A stretch of 64,000 nt of DNA from Amoebidium appalachense (taxonomy: Eukaryota; Protista; Ichthyosporea): assembly GCA_963693365.1 (NCBI GenBank), contig CAVNZM010000016.1:5696543-5760542 (forward strand), written 5' to 3'. Below are positions 15,778-53,499 of the stretch, in pieces. The position numbers and the translations under genes were made by a program. Under the pieces are notes generated by a model. The model saw nothing but the letters and a program-made list of their open reading frames with translations, did not search any database and had not been told where the DNA came from. The first letter of the stretch is position 1, and each line of letters opens with the position of its first letter.

Positions 15778-18700
15778 CCCCCTTTTCTGCATCCCCCTCC
15801 CCCTCTCCTCCTTCCCACAATTCTTCCGCCCAACTGCTCCACCTCCTTACTTCCTTGCACGTATCAATCCATCTCTCCTTCCAACCCAAGTGACACCAGT
15901 TTTTTGTCAGACAACCTGCCTCCCCAGGCCCACTTATTATGCCTGTCCTGTTCCCCTCCCCCCCCCCCTCCTCCCTCAGGAGGGCCTCTGCCCATTCGTC
16001 CCTCCTTTTCAAGTCCTCCATTACCTCTTACCTCCCCTAATTCTCATTATTCTCTAATAGTATACCTATATCTTCCATCCTACCTTTTTGGAAGCTCCCT
16101 GCTTCTCTTCCACCTATTTGAAAGCATCTGCATCTACCCCCCCCCCCCCCCCGTTCATAGCCCCTCCTTCATCAGTACTCCCTTACATCTGCCCGGCCCC
16201 CTTCAGAGTGCCCCACCCCCTCCCCCCCCCACACACACACCCCTCCCCTTTCACACACATGCACACACGAACGCACCCATGCATGCACGCCTGCACCCTC
16301 CCTCGCAGCCACGAGCGCACACACTCTTATTCACTTATAGAATTGTTAATAATCTAATGCCCCCCCCCCCCCCCCCCCCCCCCCCCCAACCCCAACCCAC
16401 CCACACACGCACACACACACACACGCCAAGGTTTCCCTTGTTCTGCTCCTCGGCCTTTCCGCCTTCCCCATAATCTGTCTTTCTCTCTCTTTCCCTCCCC
16501 CCCCCCCCCCCCCCCCCCCCAACCCCACCCCACCCCACCAGCACTGCCCTACCACCCTCCCACTTCTTGTCTTTGCTTATTCTTCCTTGTGATGTGCAAC
16601 ACAGGGACATATCCGGGCCACCTGAGGTCCAGCAACAACGCCTTCTTCAAATTCTGGGTGCCTGGAGAATGGAGCTTATGGAAACACCCGCTGACGGCAA
16701 CTGTTTGTTTCATTCGGTGTGGCATTATATCAATCAGTATCTACAAAGTGGTCATGTAGCTACCCGTGAACACCTCAACACATTGGGGTTTACAGCTAAT
16801 ATGGAGCCTATAGAGGCGATTGGACGGCTACGCGAACTAATGGTAAACGAATGGCGGCGAAATCTAGCAGAATACCAAGGATTCCTTTCAAGGGTGACCC
16901 TCGCATACGTAGCTGATGATTTCCGCTGTCCTCGGCGCGCCCATTTTGCTTCTGCAGCCGGTGACGCGATGGTGCTGGGCTTAGCCAACGCACTCCGCAT
17001 ACCAATAACCATTTTTAGCACGATTGCCAATCACGGTGTAGTTGCGGTCACTCCACCCACCGTCATCGAACCCAACATTGCCATACCCGTATCACTTAAC
17101 GGTGCAGCAGATCATTACTCAGTGGTAATACCTCGCTTGTCGCATGCGAACAAAATCTCGGACAACAACCAAGCACACACATCACACTCAGTTGACACGG
17201 AAAACTCGACGGAGTTGGCGTCTAACGCTAACACAACTGACACGTTCGGTGGGTTGCCCGCCAAGGGCTGCAGCTGTAATAGAAACAGTAAGGATAGAAC
17301 ACGTTTTTTTTGTGGTTTTAAGAACGGCGGGGGGAAAGTGCAGGCATACGATGGGCATGAGCGTTGCATATGCGCAAAGAACAAGCGGGCATGCACCCAG
17401 GCATGCAGGTGTGAGAATTGTGGCAACAGGTGAGCCGTATGATATGCATTTGCTACTTTTCTTCTTTTGCATCCTCTATTTGCCCACACTTGGTACTTTA
17501 TAATCGAAACCTTAACTTGGCCAAATCCAGGTATTTCTGCTTGTCCCTCTCTTTATCCCCCCCCCCCCCCCCCCCCCTTTCCCCAAGACGGGTGACCTAC
17601 TCATGTTCAAGTGAAACAGTATCTGAGTTGGGTTTCGTTAACGAGGGGAATAGGTCGAAACTCGGGTACTGTGGATGACGTGGGCCCCCCCTGAGGATGG
17701 GCTCTGCTTATTATGCATACTCTTTATGTATGGCTTGCATTCTGCATCGTGTTATCCGTTTGTTCTTGTGTACTTCGTACTTTTTGACGCATTCAAAACC
17801 CCCCCTTTCCCCCTCTCCCCCCCCCCCCCCCCCCCCCCGAGGGGAAAGAAAAGCCCCCTCTCCCAATCCCCTCCCCCTCCTGTATCCGTCGTTTCATGAT
17901 GTCTAACCCCTCCCCCTCCCCCCCACCTTCCCCACTGCTCACCACCTGCACACCCGCACACCATACACAAACTTAAACACACACACGCATGCACGTGTGC
18001 ACGCACACACACAGCCCCTCCCCCCCCCCCCCCCCCCCCCCCCCCCACACACACACACAATGCATCCGCGCATCATGGTCCATGCATACACGTGTGTGGA
18101 TAGATGCACAGGTGCACGAATCCACGCACGCACGCACCCACAGAGCACGTGTGCGCACGCACACACAAACACACATGTGTACACGTGCGCGCGCATTCAC
18201 ACGCACACACAAACGCACATACAAATGCAGTCATGGACAGCGGCCAGAGCCAAACCGTCCAGGTCGCCCGTCTACCATGCAGCTGCATTTATCCGGCGAA
18301 GGGGGGAACCTTTCCCTGAGAAGTGGTGATGGGTCCAACACCACCCATACGGCCAACACAACAGCCACCAGGGGCAAGGCCACTGCCACGGTTCCAACGC
18401 AAAGGCGGCGCGCACGATTCACACAAACACGAACCACAGATCAGAATGGTTTGGAGTATTATGTGTCTGTGGGCGAGGAGGTACGTTCGGGTAGATGGTC
18501 GGATGCGGAGACCGCGTTGATTGAAAGTATTGTTATTTCGCTTGCGGAACAAAAGTTGCCGGCAACAGAGGAGGACATATTTGCACATTACCATGCAGCA
18601 TTGGAGGGCAACGAGGAGGGTGTGGGGCTGGATGCCATCCTTTCCAAAACGTTGAAGCAAATCAAGTCAAAAATAGAACACATTGAGAAGGAAAGACGTT

Positions 18701-19218
18701 TGCGTAGTCAGGTGGCCGCCGAGGTGAGGGAGGAAATCGCAAGGGCTAAGGAAGCCGCTGCTAGGACAGTTACGGAGAAAGCAAGCGAGAGAGCACGAAA
18801 CACGAAACGTGGGCTGAAGTCACAGAGTAATTCACAGACTGCCCCGTCAAAGAAGGCCAAGCCCAGCGGCCTTTCACGTGCAAGCACCAACACAGGTGTT
18901 GCCCCTCAGGAGCATGATCCCACCAGTTCGTCAACCGATTCGGCGGATGAATTCCAAAGCACCCAACAGTCTGGGGTGATTCCCCCTAGCCAGCACCCGC
19001 ACCATCCGCAAGCGTTCCACCCCAGTTATTATCACACATACCCGAGCACGATAGCCAGTGCACAATGTAGCGTCTGTCAACTGACTTTAGCAATCCCTCC
19101 CCATCTGTGTCATACTTACATGCAATGCTGTAGGTGCAAGGCCATGTTGTATGCTCTGGTCACCGCTTTTGGCATCCGCCTGCTCAGTTTTAGTGTCACG
19201 GATAATAGGTGGAAGTGA
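15304..19218 (+). CDS. Spliced OTU-family cysteine protease + CXC/CRC cysteine cluster + Myb/SANT-like helix + C-terminal Zn ribbon; exons 15304-15604, 16605-17429, 18231-19218 (5' end unresolved)
   Basis: OTU motifs PADGNCLFHS and ADHYS; CSC..C..RCICAKNKRACTQACRCENCGN; GRWSDAETALIESIV; CSVC..CCRC. Both GT-AG junctions are phase 2 and keep the frame. Confidence 0.8.
17584..17800 (+). repeat. Longest copy of an intron-resident dispersed repeat (~217 bp)
   Basis: Reverse complement of 47471-47688 with only 3 differences; bounded by poly-C tracts; many shorter diverged copies elsewhere. Confidence 0.95.
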
Positions 19219-19759
19219 GCCAATCCCTCCACGTAGTTTTTTATTTTTCTAATTGTTATTGTGGCTGCCAGCTGCTTTGGGGTCAGGTGGCAAACGTAGG
19301 GCATGTCTAGTAGGTTCGATTAGTATGGGATTTGGCATCATGATGCCAAGACTTAGTCAATACAGTAACTTAAGAATCAGTTTGTTAGGTGTTAGTTGTA
19401 ACATTTAACTTCCAGTAATGTTCAGCATGTCATAGTGGTAGTTTATGATTGTAATGTTACTTACAGTTTAACTACATGTAATGTCATGGTGTATGTAGAG
19501 TATGCTGTCACATTCAATGCACACACACACGGCACACACACACGAACATGCACACACGCAACCACATACACGTCAAGCACACACTACGTATACATCCATG
19601 CATGCGACATTCGCCTTTTTAATACCTATGATATCATTACGTAGTCAAAATACCATAATAATAATGTGTAGAAGTGATTGCAGGTCACTTTCACATGCTG
19701 CAGCTGTTTTATTAATAATGACACCGTAAATTAATGGCAAGCACACTGCAGACTCGGAT

Positions 19760-19822
<63 letters not shown>

Positions 19823-20950
19823 AAAAAAAAAAATCCCCCCCCCCCCCCCCCCCCGTTCCCCCTCGAAATTTTCGGGGGCGGGGCGGGGCGGGGGGGGGGG
19901 GGGGGGGGGGGGGAGCTTGGGAAACGAGGGTGCAACCACATTTTTGTCCGCGGCCCGTGGCGGCTCCCCGTACAAAATTCACCATATGGCCATATTACGA
20001 GGCTCCTGTACAGGGGCGGAGTGAACCTGACGGTTCCTCCCAATTCTTGTGCAAGTACTAGTGTTCCAAATCCAGGGTTGTGTAAGAAAAAATCTTTTTA
20101 CAGCTAAAAACTCGAAAATATCCTGCATGAACTTGGGCCAGGAACCTGGCCAGGAATTGATGCATTCCCCTGATACACCAGTTCGCAAATCGCAATTGAT
20201 TTCCAAAAGTCTTTGAATAACTATAAAAGGTTCTTTGGTATGATCTGATTGGTCGTGCTTTCCGGTTTACGGTTTACGGTTGAGATTGGGCCAGAGTACA
20301 GCCTAGAAAGGGCAGTTTAAGCCCGATTTCACCTAGAAAACAGGTTTTTGTCAACTAGCAAAAGTTTTTGAAATTAAAAAACGCGCAATATTGATATAAG
20401 GAGTCGCAGTGGTTCGACGCGTCCTTCATTGTCAAAATCGACGAAAACCGTCCGGGTGTGTGGGCCGGCGACCGCGGCGGCGGCCGACCCTTGGGCTGAT
20501 CGTCTACTTGAAGACAAAATTGGCGTTTTTGTTTGTTTTGACAATTAAATAAGCGCCGGACACCCCACGTTGCTTATATTAATAAATGTGTCGCTTTGTT
20601 TGTCAAGCTTTTATTTAAGCGGCCAAATCCTGTTTTCTATTCATATTTTGTACTTTAAAGTACTTATTTGGTTTTTGGACTATAGCCATTGAGACAAGCG
20701 ACCGTAAAATTCGCCGCGGCTCATTTTGAAGCGAAGCAATAGACCACTTTCTCCAATCATATGAGGGGCGGGTGGCGCGAAAATGGGACCAACCGATCGA
20801 TCAGACCACCTACGGTCACCAACCGACAAGAAAAACGTGAAAACCTCGCTCCTACACTTTTTAGGCACTTACCCCTCTATAATTGATAGTTATTTGTTTT
20901 GCAGAGCTAAACACGTTTAGTAGAAGTAGTTTGTGGCACAGTATGTACCA

Positions 20951-21127
20951 ATGACAGGCTGCTCTTGCGCCGCAAACTGGTGCAACCAAAAAATAGAGCA
21001 AGGTTCAGTAAGGATTCTCAAGTATAAAGCTACTTCCTCAAAACGACAGGTTTTGCGAGAGCAGTGGTTTGAGAAAATAGGCAGAATAGACAAAAGGATA
21101 AGGCACAGTTCACGGCAGAGCAAGTAA
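20951..21127 (+). pseudogene. Truncated THAP zinc-finger domain (transposase N-terminus-like)
   Basis: MTGCSCAANWCNQK...GSVRILKY...LREQWFEKIGRID..HSSR fits THAP pattern M..C.a..C.n...g..f.fP....r..W...i.R; invariant Pro and terminal CxxHF are missing. Confidence 0.6.
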
Positions 21128-21195
21128 GGCCTTTAAGTTACATGCAGGGTGGCTAGAGTTCCCTGCTTGTGCTAGACAGATTGGTACCGAGTAAC

Positions 21196-21334
21196 CTGTG
21201 CAAACAGCGTACAGGAGGTTGGATGTGTCTATTCCCACCCGAGAGCTCTTCAGTTCCTCCTTCGCAACTACACTACGGCACGCAGAACAGTACTCATAGT
21301 CAACACAACACCTCCAGAAGTCATCGACACCCAT
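21196..21334 (-). pseudogene. Orphan first exon of an XPG/FEN1/EXO1-type (PIN-fold) nuclease
   Basis: MGVDDFWRCC...VVAKEELKSSRVGIDTSNLLYAV matches XPG_N start MGV.glW....l.g..vaiD.S..ly; possible donor AG|GTTACT at 21196/21195; no continuation found. Confidence 0.6.
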
Positions 21335-22824
21335 TTTATTAAGACACGAACGTGTTATTTGCAGTGTACGTTCAAAAAAGTGTCGCAAAAAAAAAAAAAA
21401 CCTGGACTGCCGTTGGCGTGCGCATGATCAAAAAATGGGTCTTGGTCCCATTTTTGATCCGATCGCCGAGAAAGTGGTGTACATATTAGATTTGAACCAA
21501 TACTTAGTGATTGCGATTTGCGAACTCGTGTATAGGCGGATTCCAGGGCTAGCCCGATGTGGGGGGTCAGTTTGCATACGTTCACATCATCATCGTGACA
21601 TGTACATTTTATTAGTACATAGGGGTTTTCGGGCCAGGGATCACAGCATTATCACCAACCCTTCCCGGAATGTTTACAAGTTGCATTTATACATGTGTTA
21701 ATACTAATGTTACTCGTTTTTGTTGTCTATTAATATCATAGTATTGTGCGGTGATCTTTGAATAAATTCGCACAGTTGTTAGCGCTCTAGATCTGGCATG
21801 CGCAGTGTACACACACTGCGTACACACACACTGCGTTCATACATATCTGGGACCGTGGCCCACTGCGGTAGGCCGACGACCGAGGTGCGTACGTTCCGAA
21901 AATCCGACGGCTACAGTATGCATGCATCTGCATCATCGGATATTAGAACAGTGACCGTTACTAATAATAATGGGACGGATCAGACTCTACAATAGGTCGA
22001 CGGTGCCGCCTAGGGCCTTCACACACAGTGTAAACCCCCCCCCCCCCCCCCCCCCCCCCCCTCTCCTCCCTTCCAAATCCTCCCCTCGGCCCCCCTCTAG
22101 ATCTATTCATACCACATACACAAGTCCAGGTTGGCAATACAACTTTGAAAGTATGGCGCAATGGATATCACGTCTTCATATCTAGAGCATCCCATGATCA
22201 TGATTATGATAGCCTAGCCTGGCTATCATCAATGCATTCATCTCGGTTATAAAATCATTTTCATGTATTATGCACCATTATTCCTACTTTTTATATATTG
22301 TTTTATGATATAAGTCAGTTTTGCCAACCTGAATCATTTAAATTTATCACATGTACCTACACGTGCACAATGCACACCACATCACTTGGCAGTTCCCAAC
22401 ATTATCGATAACCTCACAGCGTCACCGATATTCGCAATATTCATGATCATCGTTTTGACAATGTGAAAAATGTCATTCGTAGCATGATTCTTCGGTCATT
22501 ACCGACACAACCCTCCCCCCCCTCCCCCCCCTCCCCCCCCCCCCTCCCTCCCCCCCCCCCCCCCCCCTCCCCCCCTCCCCCCTCCCTTTCCCAACCCACC
22601 ACATCCCCCCGGCACCCCACTCACCCGTGGAGCCCACCAACACATGACCATCACAAGGAGAAGCGCTCACAAGCTGGGTAGGTGGGGACGGGAGGAGGGG
22701 GGAGGAGAAGGGGGAGGGAAGGAGGGGGATCGGGGAGGGGGGGGGGGGGGGGGGGGGGGAGAGAGAGAGAGAGAGAGAGAGAGGGGAGAGGGGGGGGGGG
22801 GGGAGAGAGAGAGAGAGTGTGTGT

Positions 22825-22855
<31 letters not shown>

Positions 22856-23017
22856 GGGGGGGGAGGGAGGGAGTCTCAGAAAGGGGGGCCGGCGCCCCAG
22901 GAAGGGAGGGAGCAGGGAGTGGGGGAGTGAGGGAGGGAAAGAGAGCAGAAGGAAGCAAATGATCTAGCTTACTAACGGCATAAACAGACTGTGTTATGTA
23001 CATACTCAACATCTTAT

Positions 23018-32829
<9,812 letters not shown>

Positions 32830-33179
32830 CGTTGCACACCCGCCTAGATGGCCTGGGGGGGGGGGGGGGGGGGGGGGGGGGGAGGGGCCCAGGGAAGGGG
32901 GATTTGTCATGAGAGGGTTGCAAACATGAAAGCAAAGCCATTGAAAAACCAAAAAAAGGAAACACACAGAACAGACACCAATAAGGTTGCGCAGGCAGAA
33001 GATCCTTGAATAGCGGCCCACCACCAAGGGGGGGGGGGGGGGGGGGGAGGGGAGGGGGCAGGGAAAGAGAGAGCGAGAGAAAGAGAGAGAGAGAAGAAGA
33101 GAAGAGAGAGAGAGAGGTAGAGATGGGGAGGGGGAGGGAGAGGGGAGGGAGAGAGGGAGAGAGGGAGAGAGGGAGAGGG

Positions 33180-33266
<87 letters not shown>

Positions 33267-33655
33267 CGAGAGAGAGAGAGGGGGGGGGGAGGGGGGGGGG
33301 GCGGGGAGGGGAGGGAAAGAAATAAAGGGGAGGGAAAGAAGGGGGGTTGGGGAGGGAGCGGAAGGGGAGGGAGGGGGGTTGTATGAGCCATAAAGTACAA
33401 GTACACAAACAACGGACAACTCGATGCAGAGTGCAAATCGCACATAAAGAGTATGCATAATAAGCAGAGCCCATCCTCAGGGGGGGGAGGGGGAGAGGAA
33501 CAGAGAGAGAGAGGGGCGGGGGGGAGGGGGGGGGGGGGGGAGATGGAGAGAGAGGGAGAGGGAGAGAGAGGGCGGAGGGGGGGGGGGGGGGGGAGGGGGG
33601 GGGGGGGGGGGGGGGAGAAGGGAGAGAAAGAGAGAGTGTGTGAGCGAGAGAGAGG

Positions 33656-33725
<70 letters not shown>

Positions 33726-33883
33726 GGGGGGGGGGGGGGAGGGGGGGAGGGGGGGAGGGGGGGCTAGGGCGTGTTAAGCAGGAAAAGTGAGAAGAAAAAC
33801 GAGGCTCTACGGGGACGAGGGAGGGTATTGGTTGAGCCGGGCCGTGAGAAAAGCTGGAAAAAGTCTTTCTGGGCCCAGTGCAC

Positions 33884-33977
<94 letters not shown>

Positions 33978-34106
33978 GAGGAATAGAGGAGAAGAGAATG
34001 GGATGGTCAAGCAATGTTGAAAGCTGGGTTGGGCAAAACACCGTATGGTGGATAGATGTGAGATTGTACACTAGAGAAGGTGGATCGTGGAGGGAGATGT
34101 CGATCG

Positions 34107-34161
<55 letters not shown>

Positions 34162-34514
34162 CCCTCCCCCCCCCCCCCCCCCCCCCCTCCCCTCCCCTCC
34201 CCCTTCCCTTTCCGCCCACGCGCCCTCCCGGCACCCTCTGCCCTGGCCACCAGTAACCCCTCCCCCTCCGTTTCCTCCATAAAAACATGCCACTTTTCTT
34301 TTGGGAGTTGTGGTAGATGTATACCTTCCCAGAGTTGACAGCAACACAGATCACAGCTCGCTTTGCTTCTCACAAACAGAATAGAAGAATCGGCTTTTTC
34401 TGAGTTATACTGGTTGTAGTATACCACAAGCTTTTGTAGTCAATTACTATTGGTGTAGTTATATACACCACATACGGTTCTACCTAGCATAGTTCGCTAT
34501 TGTAGTTGAAACAT

Positions 34515-35053
34515 TGCAGTTCACTTCGCCTCAAGGATCGTCGAAACGACGAATTCCCATATATGGAAAACTCGGTGAGCCATCGACGATCGTTATTTGG
34601 ACGAACGGTGTTCGCACTGAAACGATGAATCGACGAAAAGCCCAAATATAGCTAATGATTTCGACGCTCGATCGTCGGTCATTAGAGCAAACCAGTTCGC
34701 AAACCAGAAGTCGGAATGAAAGTCAGCGATTAGTCTAAAAACGTGTCTCCCCGCTTACCTAACAGATTACAGACATTTACGCCACGTCGCAGAGCAATAT
34801 AAGTACCCGTAAACTGCATAAAACGCCCATAAAGCATCACAAGTGACAAATAGAAGTAAAATGTATAAATATCTTTTATATATGAAAGGTATAATTATTA
34901 TATATTTGTATGTATATATACATAGTTCTAACCGGCGACCGGCGACCGATGACATGCCCAGTGCGAACACCCGGTTGGTTTTTGGGCGCCGATCATCAGA
35001 TCGATGGACCGACCGTCGGATCGTCGAAACGACGATCCTAGTGTGAACGTACC
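34515..35053. mobile_element. Degenerate Harbinger-like foldback MITE upstream of KPTN
   Basis: GGATCGTCGAAACGACGA near both ends; GTGTTCGCACTG (34608) / CAGTGCGAACAC (34959) inverted; right end CTAGTGTGAACGTACCC; AT-rich core 34850-34925. Confidence 0.55.
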
Positions 35054-35656
35054 CAGTGCCACTCGGAGACTCGGAGAATCAAATTCCAAGTCACAATAAC
35101 CACATAAAGATATAAATGCATTGATATCGTTGGTTCGCAACGCATCCAGTCTTGATAACCTAAAGAAGGCATTTATTAGAGTTTCCTATTGGCGTCGAAT
35201 GAACCGCCGCCACCCCTCCGCGGGATCCTACACAAACACCAAAGCAAAAGGTGTCGTTGAGTGGCGAGAGAAGGGAACCATGATGCAACATTGTGGCTCG
35301 GTTTTGTGGCGAAAAGACGGTGGGGGAAAAAAAAACGGGTTTTTGTGTCTACTTTTACAAAGAACGAACCATACTGGCCTGCACAGCCCAGCCTGTACAC
35401 CCACCCGATCCTGCAGCTGACGCAACTTGACCCGGTTACCATGGTTCGAACGGTTTCTTCTATCCGGGTTTCAAGATTTGAATATAATCATTGAATGACG
35501 GGGACTCAGGCCGCACGCAGATGCTGAATAATGAAGCATGAGTTTGTGAGAAAAATCTTAGGAAGGCCTGCGTTGGTTGGGGGAGGGGGGGGGTGGGGGG
35601 GGGGGGGGGGGGGGGGGGAGGGGGGGGGGGGGGGGGGGGGGGGTAAGAAATAGGTT

Positions 35657-35789
<133 letters not shown>

Positions 35790-35837
35790 ACACACACACA
35801 CACACACCCACACCCACCCACCCACCCACACACACAT

Positions 35838-35913
<76 letters not shown>

Positions 35914-35950
35914 ACCAGCTGATACCGAGTGTCCCAGGGGAGCCCGTGTG

Positions 35951-35981
<31 letters not shown>

Positions 35982-36518
35982 GGGGGGGGGGGGGGGGCAA
36001 CTAATTAATTTCTCTTCTTGGTCTAGCGATTGCGCGTCAAAAAAAAAGTTTTCATAAAACAACCAAAAAAAAAAAAGTAGGAATATGGTGCTTCATAGAG
36101 TAAGAAAAACCCTGATATATTATCATCAACGGACATCATCCGTTGTATGTACCTGATCATGACATGCCGCTGAGTCTCGGATATCCCGAGCAAAAACCAC
36201 ATACCGGAGACTGGTCTCTCTTTTCCTCGAGTAAACAATATAAACCCCGAACCTATACAAAGCTATTTCTGGCGTCACTGAATTTAGACTCTCGAGCTCG
36301 ACCACAATATGAGAGCAGAGCGGACTCGCCAGTCTGTAGATCTACATGTTCAGGCTCCCGGCATATTTATTAGTATGGCAGCTGCAGCACTCTTGAAACA
36401 CATAAATTTATAATTCCACATATTGTCCAGATGCACACAAGTACTTACAAGTGTCACAATACCACTAGTACTCCACACACGCACACACATGCCAACAAAC
36501 AAAACACATTGCGCGCAC

Positions 36519-37160
36519 AAGGGCCCAACCACATCGGCAGAGTCAACTTGCAAAAAGCAGAATTATTCTGCAACTTGAGCAGAATTATTCTGCAAAAGCG
36601 GAATTATTCTGCAAAAAAGCAGAATCACTCCCGGCTTTTAGCAGAATTATTCTGCTGTTAGCAGAACTATTCAGAAAAGCAGAATCACTCTGCTTTTAGC
36701 AGAATTATTCCACTTTTTGCAGAATTACTCTGCTCTTAGCAGAATTATTCCGCAAAAGCAGAATTATTCCTGCTTCCTTGCGTGATAGCAGAATAAATTT
36801 GCTTATAGCAGAACAACTCTGCTTTTAGCAGAATAGTTCTGCTTTTAGCTGAGCTGCTTTTCGGAGATTGCTTCTGCTTTTGCACAATTATTCTACTTTA
36901 AGCAGGAAGATTGCTCCTGCTTTTGCACAATTATTCTGCTATAAGCAGCAATAATTCTGCTTTTAGGAGATTGCTTCTGCTTTTGCACAATTATTCTGCT
37001 ATAAGCAGGAAAAAATCTGCATTTTGCAAAATAATTCTGTTTTTTTGCTGAATAATTCTGCTTTTAGCAGAATATTTCTGCATTTTCCGGAGTAATTCTG
37101 CTTCTTGCAGAATATTTCTGCTTTTTGCAAGTTGACTCTGCCGATGTGGTTTGGGCCCTC
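36519..37160. mobile_element. hAT-like foldback element (642 bp) filled with tandem palindromic GCAGAATTATTCTGC units
   Basis: TIR AGGGCCCA(A)ACCACATCGGCAGAGTCAACTTGCAAAAAGCAGAA at both ends; candidate 8-bp TSD GCGCGCAC (36511-36518) / GCACACAC (37161-37168). Confidence 0.85.
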
Positions 37161-38362
37161 GCACACACAGTGCACGTGTATGTACGTGCCACTTGCAAGC
37201 ACACAAACCTACAACCGCGCAACCGCGGATCCGGACACAGTGTCACACACGCACACACATACACACACACACACACCCACACACACAGAGTTCACGTGCG
37301 CGCACACAATCGCACACGCGCACGTGTACACACACGATTGCCGACCATAGCACTCAGGGCTAACCGTTCTGATGACCTATCTATTCATTGGATCATTGAA
37401 TCATAACTTATGATACAATGTATTGTATACTTGTATATATACTACACCAGTAGTCTTTAATCAGAACACGTATGTAGCTGGTGTTGTTCACTCTTTTCAA
37501 CAGTTCACCTGTTGAAAATAATAATCCCAACCTTAGTTGGCTACTAACTAATTAGTACCTCTATTTTCAAGTAATAAAACAGTTACCATTGAATTCACTA
37601 TACACTGCAAGTCTGTCCGCCAAACCGTACCCATATCAAGATAGTGATATTTAACCAATAACATTTAATACCACACCTACTGCAGGCATTCTGTGGTTCT
37701 TCACCATTCAAGCTACGTGCCAGACAATCAAGGAACCCTACGAGAATACTTTTTATCTCCCCCCCCCCCCCCCTCCCCCCCTCTCCCCCCCCCCCCCCCC
37801 CCCTCTCTCTCTCTAACCACCACCACCACCACTCAATCCGCTCACCCAAGAATCATCTCAGGCCTATTGGTAAACCACAACTTTATCGGCATGGGATCTA
37901 ACATTCGATACTTTGTGATGCAAGATGTGTTGCTAGGCAAAAACATGTTCCAAAAAGGTTCGAAGATGTGACACATTCATACAAAGTAGATGGCTGCGAA
38001 AGATGTGTGTACGTGTTGTGTTTGTGTTTGTGTGTGTGTGTGAATGTGTGCGTGTGGTGGTGGTGGTGGGAGGTGTACCGGGAGGTGTGTCGGTTTAGCC
38101 GTGTGCATGCTTTCGAGCAGTTGGTGTCCGTGCAACAATTCAATAATGTACTGCCCGTAAGCAAGCGCATGCTTATGTGTATACTGTGCCACCCCCCCCC
38201 CCCCCCTCCCCCCCCCCCCCCCCCCAAACTAAACCTACATAACCTAACCCAAAAGGAACCCTCTAATCAGATTTTCTTTCGCGAATATTTACATAGTGTA
38301 CGCCCTATAGAGACGATCATTAGTAGGGGAGGGGGTGCATAACAGATAAATATAGCAATCCT

Positions 38363-53499
<15,137 letters not shown>

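Noticed and set aside
17640-17700. Canonical hammerhead ribozyme
   Set aside because: CUGANGA does not precede stem II and GAAA in the required order; kept only as a remark.
35121-35570. Short ORFs and an acceptor-like site between KPTN and the foldback element
   Set aside because: No recognisable domain or consistent exon chain.
36540-37120. Regular repeat array resembling CRISPR
   Set aside because: No unique spacers, degenerate units, enclosed by TIRs, no cas genes, eukaryotic context.
37598-37760. GFLDC...CSRCGIKC as the missing C1 domain of the RasGRP-like gene
   Set aside because: Lacks the H and C spacing of C1, no good acceptor, and the upstream exon ends in an in-frame stop.
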